This document shows, piece by piece, positions 8,627-15,409 of a stretch of DNA of 24,963 bases. The position numbers and the translations under genes are program-made. This DNA is from an uncultured Clostridiaceae bacterium (GTDB taxonomy: Bacteria; Bacillota; Clostridia; Peptostreptococcales; Natronincolaceae). The notes under the pieces are model-generated. The model had not been told where the DNA came from. It saw nothing but the letters and a program-made list of their open reading frames with translations, and ran no database searches. The stretch is from contig CBFGTV010000051.1 in the NCBI GenBank assembly GCA_965652145.1, positions 1-24,963 on the forward strand, given 5' to 3'. Position 1 is the stretch's first letter. Every line of letters begins with the position of its first letter.

Positions 8627-9370
8627 ATGATTACGGATATTTGTTTCCCCAAGCCAAATATCAATGAGATTTATGAGCATTATGAGCTTGAACTCTCCTT
8701 GATTGATAAGGTCGTAAACGGTGAGGTAAAGGAGGCCCTGGGGCTATTTGATGAGTTATTTGATAACAGGCATTTATATGCACTGGATGAAAGGTGTGCT
8801 TTTCGTTCTCAAAAAAACCATTTGATTTCACTGTCGGCTCTACTATGTCATAATGTTATTAAGAAGGGTGTACCGCCCTACACTGCAAAGGCAAAAAACC
8901 AATCCTTTGTTAAGCTCATAGAAAATGCTGGTACCATGGCGACCCTTATGAATTTAGGTAGAATATTAATAAGGGGCTATTGTACACAGGTGACCTCAAG
9001 ATTAACCCGGGCCAGCGATGCCCACATCATTAAAGCCATCAATTATATACATAATAATCTGGGGGAAGACCTGACCCTTGAACGGGTTGCAGAACATGTC
9101 AACCTGAGTCGCTGCTATTTTTGTACGCAATTTAAAAAGGAAACCCGGCTTTCCTTTTCAAATTATTTGGCCCACGCCCGAATTGAAAAAAGTAAGTTTT
9201 TACTTACTCATTCTGATAAATCTATATTAGACATTGCTATTTTACTGGGCTTTAACAGTCAAAACTATTTTACAACCCAGTTTAAGAAGTTTACCGGTAT
9301 GACTCCGAAAAAGTTTAGAATAGCGGGTTCGGCACAAAAAAAAGACCAGGCCCCGGGGCAATTACCCTAG
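8627..9370 (+). CDS. AraC/XylS-family transcriptional regulator, divergent from the nitrogenase-like operon
   Basis: The C-terminus has two HTH_AraC motifs (RVAEHVNLSRCYFCTQFKKETRLSFSNYLAHARIEKSKFLL...ILDIAILLGFNSQNYFTTQFKKFTGMTPKKFR). The start is preferred at ATG 8627 after GGAG; the track begins at GTG 8618. Confidence 0.8.
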   Translation: MITDICFPKPNINEIYEHYELELSLIDKVVNGEVKEALGLFDELFDNRHLYALDERCAFRSQKNHLISLSALLCHNVIKKGVPPYTAKAKNQSFVKLIENAGTMATLMNLGRILIRGYCTQVTSRLTRASDAHIIKAINYIHNNLGEDLTLERVAEHVNLSRCYFCTQFKKETRLSFSNYLAHARIEKSKFLLTHSDKSILDIAILLGFNSQNYFTTQFKKFTGMTPKKFRIAGSAQKKDQAPGQLP

Positions 9371-9403
9371 GGTCTGGTGCTTTATATGAGGGTTTTTATC
9401 TAA

Positions 9404-9874
9404 TTAGCTTAAATAGGCTCTAAACATCCAAAGTGTCTTTTCAAGATTTTCCAAAGCACCTACAAATAGGTCAACAGACACTTGATCGTTGTGTTCATCG
9501 GCTACATTTAAAGCGCCTCTTAATTCACCAATTAATTGTTGGAAATCCTCTTTCAGGGCACTTATAACCGCCTCCCCTGCGATGGCTTCACTTTGAGCTT
9601 CTTTAAGGGTGGCCAATTCTAAATAGTCCTTCATGGTTGCCGCTGGTCTAAAGCCAAGGGTTAAGATTCTTTCTGCAACAGCATCTAATTCCTCGGCTGT
9701 ATGATCATACAGCTCCTCTAGCTTTGAATGTAGTTGGAAGAAACTCTTGCCCTCTACATTCCAATGGTAATTGTGCAGCTTGGTGTATAGTACATGCAGG
9801 TTAGCTAAATACTGATTTAATACCTTTGATACTTCTTCTCTTCCCTTTGCCTCTAATCCAATTTGTACGTTCAT
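9404..9874 (-). CDS. dps: Dps (DNA-binding ferritin-like protein)
   Basis: Ferritin-like Dps signature LHVLYTKLHNYHWNVEGKSFFQLHSKLEELYDH...DEHND. 156 aa. RBS GGAGGAATTACA precedes the ATG. Confidence 0.85.
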   Translation of the reverse strand: MNVQIGLEAKGREEVSKVLNQYLANLHVLYTKLHNYHWNVEGKSFFQLHSKLEELYDHTAEELDAVAERILTLGFRPAATMKDYLELATLKEAQSEAIAGEAVISALKEDFQQLIGELRGALNVADEHNDQVSVDLFVGALENLEKTLWMFRAYLS

Positions 9875-9889
9875 AATTGTAATTCCTCC

Positions 9890-10321
9890 TTAATTTTTTT
9901 GATTTTTATTTGACAGGCATTCATGACAAATGCCTTTATAATAAACACTTTTTTCACTGATTTTAAAATCCCTTAAAGCTTCAATCTCCTCTGAAATCAT
10001 TGAGACCTTAAAGTCATAGATTTTTCCACACTCATTGCACTTAAAATGCCCGTGGCTGCCAATATCGGCATCATACCTGGCCTCATTTTCTTCAATGGTT
10101 ATGACTCTTGCAACATTGGCCTCAATAAAAAGCTTCAGGGTGTTATATACTGTGGTTTTTGATAGAGTTGGAATTTCCTTCACCAAGGCCCGGTATATTT
10201 CCTCTGCCGTTGGGTGGGAATCCTTTTCAACCAAGTATTCCAGTATTTTAATTCGAGCATAGGATGGCTTGATATGATTCTTTTGTAAATATTCACTTAT
10301 ATTTTCGATTGAAACCCTCAT
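9890..10321 (-). CDS. perR: Fur-family metalloregulator, probably PerR (co-oriented with dps)
   Basis: Winged-helix N-terminal region (KPSYARIKILEYLVEKDSHPTAEEIYRAL...TVYNTLKLF), HxH metal site (SHGHFKC) and two CxxC pairs (CNECG...CHEC). 143 aa. Confidence 0.75.
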   Translation of the reverse strand: MRVSIENISEYLQKNHIKPSYARIKILEYLVEKDSHPTAEEIYRALVKEIPTLSKTTVYNTLKLFIEANVARVITIEENEARYDADIGSHGHFKCNECGKIYDFKVSMISEEIEALRDFKISEKSVYYKGICHECLSNKNQKN

Positions 10322-10346
10322 GCCATCAGCTCCTATGACAATAATT

Positions 10347-10399
10347 TTTGTAATTGATTCAAATTTGTAATTGATTTAAATTTGCAATCATTACAATTT
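10347..10399. promoter_or_regulatory. Three tandem 17-bp operator-like repeats upstream of the perR-like gene (candidate Fur/PerR boxes)
   Basis: TTTGTAATTGATTCAAA (10347-10363), TTTGTAATTGATTTAAA (10364-10380) and TTTGCAATCATTACAAT (10381-10397). The third unit is the inverted version of the first two, so the array contains TTGTAATNATT / AATNATTACAA dyads typical of Fur-family boxes. Confidence 0.55.
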
Positions 10400-10502
10400 A
10401 TATCTGTTTTATATATACCTTTGCATTTGAACCTTAAACATATTATTTGAAATTTTTTTGTTTTTATTTGATTTATTTAAATTAATGAGATTTCTTAACT
10501 AT

Positions 10503-10548
10503 AAAAAAGCCCCTCTCTTTTAGTATCAGACTTTAAAAGAGAGGAGCA
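10503..10548 (-). terminator. Rho-independent terminator of the CAT-family gene
   Basis: On the minus strand: GCTCCTCTCTTTTAAAGTCTGATACTAAAAGAGAGGGGC followed by TTTTTT. The stem is CCTCTCTTTT / AAAAGAGAGG. Confidence 0.7.
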
Positions 10549-10555
10549 ATATCTA

Positions 10556-11194
10556 TTAGTATAAATACTTTTCTGGTTCATTTAACAAACACTGTAATGT
10601 TTCAAAATACTGTCCTACATGGGCACCATCTGCCAGAGCATGATGGGCCTGAAGGGAAAAGGGAAGCTTGATTATTCCGTTTTCTTCAAAATATTTTCCC
10701 CAGGTAATTCGAGGTACGCTATCGGTTGGCTTCATATGAATGGGGTGAGTAACACTGGTAAAGGACACCCATGGCAAGCTGGTGATATAAAGTACATCAT
10801 CTTCCAAGGGTCGGTCTTCAATATTAATACATCCCTTCGCTGCTTCTATGGCATTTGCAGTATTTTCTTTAAATACCGCAAATGCCTCAGTATATCTTGA
10901 GGAACAAAAGCTAAAGACACCATGGTCAGTCATCATAGTAAAGGCCGGATGAACCCGTTCATGCTCAATTACCGTTTTTTCTTTAATTCTATAGCGCAGC
11001 ACCTCTACAGAATTGGCGGCCTTTGTGGCAACATAGAGCAATGAGATGAAAAAAGGCCTTTTTTCGGTTTTTATATATTGAAGAAACCTGCTTATGTCTA
11101 CATTGGTACAAACATTGAAATGCGGGTAATCTAGCTGGCTGAAATATTCAAAATGCTGCTTTCTGTTCCACTTGTTTATATCGATAATTCTCAT
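10556..11194 (-). CDS. Chloramphenicol-acetyltransferase-family protein (type A CAT-like)
   Basis: 212 aa. KWNRKQHFEYF matches the CAT N-terminus (SWNRKEYFDHY in CatP-like proteins). The catalytic-histidine motif AHHALADGAH matches HHAVCDGFH, and the length is right. It is monocistronic with its own terminator. Confidence 0.75.
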   Translation of the reverse strand: MRIIDINKWNRKQHFEYFSQLDYPHFNVCTNVDISRFLQYIKTEKRPFFISLLYVATKAANSVEVLRYRIKEKTVIEHERVHPAFTMMTDHGVFSFCSSRYTEAFAVFKENTANAIEAAKGCINIEDRPLEDDVLYITSLPWVSFTSVTHPIHMKPTDSVPRITWGKYFEENGIIKLPFSLQAHHALADGAHVGQYFETLQCLLNEPEKYLY

Positions 11195-11402
11195 TGGTAT
11201 CCCCCTGATGATCTAGATTTTTACAATTCCTATTATATCAGAAGGGGAAAGGGAAACTCAATTCTATCAAGTATTTATTTCATTATCTCTTATACAGAGA
11301 ATTGCCTTGTTCTTTAATGGTTTTCCTTATAAACCATTGAAGTTTAACTTTATTGGTTAGATCCCCGAAGCTTATTTTGTTATTTATCAACTGCCATGCC
11401 CA

Positions 11403-12548
11403 CTACCATTCTGCAATGGTACCATCATAGTTCTTCCATTTGGGGTTGGTCCACACCAGGCCCTCTAACGCTATCTTTTCTACAAATTCTTCATCGATGT
11501 CAATACCCAGGCCTGGCTTTGTAGGAATCTTGACATAACCATCCTTGTATTGAAAAATCTCTTTATTCTTGATGAAGTCTAAAAGATCAAAGCCCTTGTT
11601 GTAGTGTATGCCCAGGCTTTGCTCCTGAATAAATACATTGGGAGTACATACATCCATCTGCAGGGTTGCTGCCAAGGCAATAGGTCCGTAGGGAGCATGG
11701 GGGGCTACTGCCACATCGAAGGCCTCAGCCATGGCGGCTATTTTTCGCCCTTCTAATATTCCTCCTGTCAAGGCCAGATCAGGCTGAATGATATCGATTA
11801 CGCCATCCTTTAAAATATTTTTAAATTCCCATCGAGTATAGAGCCTTTCTCCTGTTGCTAGAGGAGTGGATGTATACTTGGCCACCTCCCGGAAGGCTTC
11901 TTCATTTTCTGGTAGCACCACCTCTTCCAGGAACATTAGCTTATAGGGCTCCAGCTCCTTGGCCAATACCTTGGCCATGGCCTTATGTACCCTTCCATGG
12001 AAATCTACCCCTATATTTAAATCATAGCCTACAGCCTCTCTAATAGATGCTACTCGCTCAACAACGGCCTGTATTTTTTTAAAGGAATCGATATAATGCA
12101 GCTCCTCTGTGGCATTCATTTTAATTGCCTGAAAGCCCCTGTTTTTTCTGTCTAAGGCCTCCTTTACCACCTCAGCGGGTCGGTCTCCGCCAATCCATGA
12201 ATAGACCATGATTCGATCCCGGGCAGCCCCTCCTAAAAATTCGTAAACAGGTATATTGTAGAATTTCCCCTTAATATCCCATAGGGCCATTTCAATTCCT
12301 GAAAGGACTGTCATGTGAATGGGGCCGCCCCTAAAGAAGGAACGATACAGCTCCTGCCATAAGCGCTCTATCTCAAAGGGATTTCTTCCAATCAAGGTAT
12401 TGCCCATTTCGTAGGCCCCGGCCACAACGGTTTCTGTCTTGGTTCCTGAGATCATCTCGCCCCATCCGTCTATACCTTCATCTGTACTAATTTTAATAAA
12501 AATCCACCTAGGCTTGATTTTATATACCTTTATTCCTGTAATCTTCAT
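11403..12548 (-). CDS. Enolase-superfamily acid-sugar dehydratase, D-galactonate dehydratase (DgoD)-like
   Basis: The N-terminus MKITGIKVYKIKPRWIFIKISTDEGIDGWGE closely matches DgoD. Metal and catalytic motifs are present: GVDFHGR, FLEEVV, ATGERL, IIQPD, PHAPYGPIALAA. 381 aa. Confidence 0.85.
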   Translation of the reverse strand: MKITGIKVYKIKPRWIFIKISTDEGIDGWGEMISGTKTETVVAGAYEMGNTLIGRNPFEIERLWQELYRSFFRGGPIHMTVLSGIEMALWDIKGKFYNIPVYEFLGGAARDRIMVYSWIGGDRPAEVVKEALDRKNRGFQAIKMNATEELHYIDSFKKIQAVVERVASIREAVGYDLNIGVDFHGRVHKAMAKVLAKELEPYKLMFLEEVVLPENEEAFREVAKYTSTPLATGERLYTRWEFKNILKDGVIDIIQPDLALTGGILEGRKIAAMAEAFDVAVAPHAPYGPIALAATLQMDVCTPNVFIQEQSLGIHYNKGFDLLDFIKNKEIFQYKDGYVKIPTKPGLGIDIDEEFVEKIALEGLVWTNPKWKNYDGTIAEW

Positions 12549-12561
12549 TTCTATCGTCCCC

Positions 12562-13917
12562 CTATTCTGCTGAAATTACTGCTGCCTGCTTTTTCTTCCT
12601 CTTGCCCTCGATATATACCCATACCCCTATAAAGGCAAGGAAAAAGACCGGTACGGTGATAATTAAATTACCTGTAAATACTTTATACACGATGAAGCTT
12701 AAGGTTAAGCTGGTGGCTGCAAAGGATGAAATCATTGCTCCTGCTGCCATAGATAAATCAATTCCCGATGCCTTGGCCAAATCAGTCAATACCGGTGCTG
12801 TATTGGTTCCTGCCAAAAGAATAGCACCTGTACAAACCAAGCCAATTATAATATTTTTTAGAAGGTTTCCTTGGGTTAGAGCCACCACCATAGCCACCCG
12901 GAAGGGCACCACCGCCAGGTCAGCAAAGGGGAGCACGCGATTTCCCGGAAGAATAACAGCCAACGCTATGGTGAGGGGAATCACAATCAGGGATGTGGTA
13001 ATCACATCGGGGTTCCCCACCACAACGGCTGCATCTAAACCGATCAGAAACTTTCTTCCCTTAAACTTATCCTTGGTAAATTTCTTTGCAGCTTCTGATA
13101 TAGGCATCAAGCCCTCCATAAAAAGGGAGGTCATTTTGGGGATTAGTACCATTACCGCCGCCATATTAACTGCCACATTCAAAATCTTAGTAATATCATA
13201 TTTTGCCAGGGCTCCTATAACACCGCCCAGCAGCATTCCTGTAATCATGGGTTCACCAAAGAAGCCCAGATATTTTTTGGCATCCTTCACTGTAAAATTC
13301 ACTTTATTTATTCCAGGTATTTTATCCAGCAGCATATTCAAAGGTGCTGCAATGACCATAGAAGAAAGGGCAGAGACCGTTGGAAGGGAGACCCCGGGAA
13401 GTCCGAAGAAATCGCTGACAAGGTCCTCTGTCCAGTCTGACATTTTAAAGGTGACAATGGCCATGGTCAGGGTGGCTGCGATGCCTAGGGGAACACTTTT
13501 AGTGACATAATAAGTCATGATTCCTACAATGGCCATATGGTGATAATTCCAAATATCTACATCAAGGGTATTGGTTTTCTTTAATATCAGCATGACGATG
13601 TTTGTAGCCAGAATACCAAAGATTAAAATTGGAATAATGGGTGACGACCAGGTTACTGCCGCAATGGCCCCCCATCCCACATCTAAAATATCCAGCTTAA
13701 TACCGAAATTCTCTACCATTCCCTGGGCAGCAGGGCCGAGGTTTGAGGAGAGTAGGTTAATAACCAACCGAATTCCGGCAAAGCCAATCCCCACTGTCAT
13801 ACCAGATCGAAAGGCTCTTGCAGGCTTTACTCTAAAAATAAGTCCGATGGCAAAGATAATGATTGGAAGCATAACCGTTGGTCCGGCATTGAGTAAAATG
13901 TTAAACGCATTATACAT
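12562..13917 (-). CDS. PTS EIIC component, galactitol (Gat) family
   Basis: 451 aa and polytopic. The N-terminus LNAGPTVMLPIIIFAIGLIFRVKPARAFRSGMTVGIGFAGIRLV...GPAAQGMVENFGIKLDILDVGW parallels GatC. FLIGLD...GNRVLPFADLA is also GatC-like. Confidence 0.85.
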   Translation of the reverse strand: MYNAFNILLNAGPTVMLPIIIFAIGLIFRVKPARAFRSGMTVGIGFAGIRLVINLLSSNLGPAAQGMVENFGIKLDILDVGWGAIAAVTWSSPIIPILIFGILATNIVMLILKKTNTLDVDIWNYHHMAIVGIMTYYVTKSVPLGIAATLTMAIVTFKMSDWTEDLVSDFFGLPGVSLPTVSALSSMVIAAPLNMLLDKIPGINKVNFTVKDAKKYLGFFGEPMITGMLLGGVIGALAKYDITKILNVAVNMAAVMVLIPKMTSLFMEGLMPISEAAKKFTKDKFKGRKFLIGLDAAVVVGNPDVITTSLIVIPLTIALAVILPGNRVLPFADLAVVPFRVAMVVALTQGNLLKNIIIGLVCTGAILLAGTNTAPVLTDLAKASGIDLSMAAGAMISSFAATSLTLSFIVYKVFTGNLIITVPVFFLAFIGVWVYIEGKRKKKQAAVISAE

Positions 13918-13950
13918 TTATAACCCTCCCATAATAAATTAATTGTTCAT

Positions 13951-14232
13951 TTATTTTAAATGTCCTATAATTTCTTCCAAAACAGACTCTTCCTCAAAGC
14001 CCGTTAAAAGGGCAATGGCGCCTACCACCGGGATACTAACCTCAGAACCTTCAAATTTCCCAGTGGTAACAAGCAGATCAAAATCTGCCACCTTAGAGGG
14101 AACTTCCATCAGCTTACATTGAGTAACCGACACATTGATACCGTTATCTTCACAGGCTTCTTTTATTTTACTGGCCACTACTGTTGAGGTTGCAATACCA
14201 TTTCCACACGCAACTAGTACTCTTTTCATCAT
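13951..14232 (-). CDS. PTS EIIB component, galactitol family
   Basis: 93 aa. The active-site Cys loop VACGNGIATS is typical of GatB-type EIIB. Confidence 0.8.
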   Translation of the reverse strand: MMKRVLVACGNGIATSTVVASKIKEACEDNGINVSVTQCKLMEVPSKVADFDLLVTTGKFEGSEVSIPVVGAIALLTGFEEESVLEEIIGHLK

Positions 14233-14263
14233 TTACGCCTCCTAGAATTTAGTTTCCGCTACG

Positions 14264-14731
14264 TTATAGCAAATAAGGTTTTAGCTTTTCCATTACTTCT
14301 TCGCTGCTTGCTGCTTTACAAATCCCTTTTAAAACTTCTTGATCCTTAACAAGGTTAATAATTTTTTGTAGCATATTTAAATGCCCATGGGGCTGATCCA
14401 GGGCCAGCATCATAATAATATGGACTTCCAGCTCCCGTTCTGGATCATCCATTGAACGAAAAATGACCGGCTCCTTAAGAATGCCTATGGCAATGGCTGC
14501 CCTGTTAACCAGCTTATAATCACAGTGGGGTATGGCAATTTTGATATCTACCGACGGAAGCCCGGTGGGATAGTTCATTTCCCTTTCTACAATAGCTTCT
14601 TGATAAGACTCCTTTACATACCCCCCTTGATAAAGCTTGTCAGATAAAAATCTTAAGGCTTCAAGATTTTCACTAAAGGTTAAGTCTCTAAAAATTAAAT
14701 CCTTTTCAAAATACAATTCTGTGCCCATCAT
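14264..14731 (-). CDS. PTS EIIA component (EIIA-2, Mtl/Fru/Gat type)
   Basis: 155 aa. The phosphorylatable-His context KIAIPHCDYK and the LEVHIIMMLALD region are typical of EIIA-2. Confidence 0.75.
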   Translation of the reverse strand: MMGTELYFEKDLIFRDLTFSENLEALRFLSDKLYQGGYVKESYQEAIVEREMNYPTGLPSVDIKIAIPHCDYKLVNRAAIAIGILKEPVIFRSMDDPERELEVHIIMMLALDQPHGHLNMLQKIINLVKDQEVLKGICKAASSEEVMEKLKPYLL

Positions 14732-14740
14732 TTTTGCCTC

Positions 14741-15358
14741 CTAGCCTATTTCTGCTTCAAATGCTTTGAGAGACCCCCTTAACCCCTTCAGGTTCCCATT
14801 GATTATGTCCTCTCTATTGAAGATTCCCGAACCAATTCCCAGGTAATCTGCCCCAAGATTTAAAAATTCTTTTGCATTGTTCTTTGTGATTCCTCCCACA
14901 GCCATGAGGGGAATGTTACCAAGGGGTGCCTTCACATCCTTAAAAAACCTAGCACCGCAGCTAATCGCCGGAAATACCTTTACAATGTCTGCCCCTGCCT
15001 CCAAGCCTTGGTATATTTCTGTGGGAGTCATGGCCCCTGATACAGAAATTACTGAATTGGCCTTGCACAGATTTATTACCGCCTTGGGCAGCACAATGGG
15101 AGATAAAATAAATCTAGCTCCTGCCTGAATAGCCGCCTCTGCCTGCTGCAGGGTATTGACTGTGCCTGCCCCAATTAAGATTTGGTCTTTAAATTCTCTT
15201 TGAAAGGTTTCAATCATTTCCAGGGCCCCGGGGGTATTCATGGTGATTTCTACTGCTTTAATGGTACTTTCTGTCAAAATCTCTATTACATTTCTAATCT
15301 GCCTTTTTTCGTATCCACGCAAAATAATAGTGATCTTAGGAAAGGCTGCTGCATTCAT
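14741..15358 (-). CDS. 2-keto-3-deoxy-6-phosphogluconate / 6-phosphogalactonate aldolase family (Eda/DgoA-like)
   Basis: 205 aa. The Schiff-base lysine context GADIVKVFPA is present, together with ITMNTPGALE and the G-rich C-terminus GGITKNNAKEFLNLGADYLGIGSGIF typical of KDPG/KHG aldolases. Confidence 0.85.
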   Translation of the reverse strand: MNAAAFPKITIILRGYEKRQIRNVIEILTESTIKAVEITMNTPGALEMIETFQREFKDQILIGAGTVNTLQQAEAAIQAGARFILSPIVLPKAVINLCKANSVISVSGAMTPTEIYQGLEAGADIVKVFPAISCGARFFKDVKAPLGNIPLMAVGGITKNNAKEFLNLGADYLGIGSGIFNREDIINGNLKGLRGSLKAFEAEIG

Positions 15359-15392
15359 CTACTCACCTCCTTAATCTCACTATTATCCTTGA

Positions 15393-15407
15393 GCAAATAT
15401 TGTGCCA
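15393..15407 (-). promoter_or_regulatory. Sigma-54 (-24/-12) promoter for the aldolase-PTS-dehydratase operon
   Basis: The minus strand reads TGGCACAATATTTGC, i.e. TGGCAC-N5-TTGC(T). That is a perfect match to the RpoN consensus. It lies 35 nt upstream of the aldolase ATG, with GGAGGTGAG as RBS, and sits directly after a sigma-54 activator gene. Confidence 0.65.
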
Positions 15408-15409
15408 GA

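Noticed and set aside
9365-9400. Possible bidirectional terminator between araC-family gene and dps (CCCTAGGG ... GAGGGTTTTT)
   Set aside because: Only a 4-bp stem with a roughly 20-nt loop can be drawn. The T-run exists but the hairpin is too weak to call.
11326-11348. Hairpin AATGGTTT-tccttat-AAACCATT downstream of the dehydratase gene, considered as the operon terminator
   Set aside because: Perfect 8-bp stem, but it is not followed by a U-run in either orientation. It could still be a protein-binding dyad or a Rho-dependent site, but it is not callable as an intrinsic terminator.
12602-13510. 302-aa plus-strand ORF antisense to the PTS EIIC gene
   Set aside because: It is low-complexity and P/T/S/A/R-rich, with no start context. 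It lies entirely within and opposite a confidently identified GatC-like gene, which is the classic antisense-ORF artefact.
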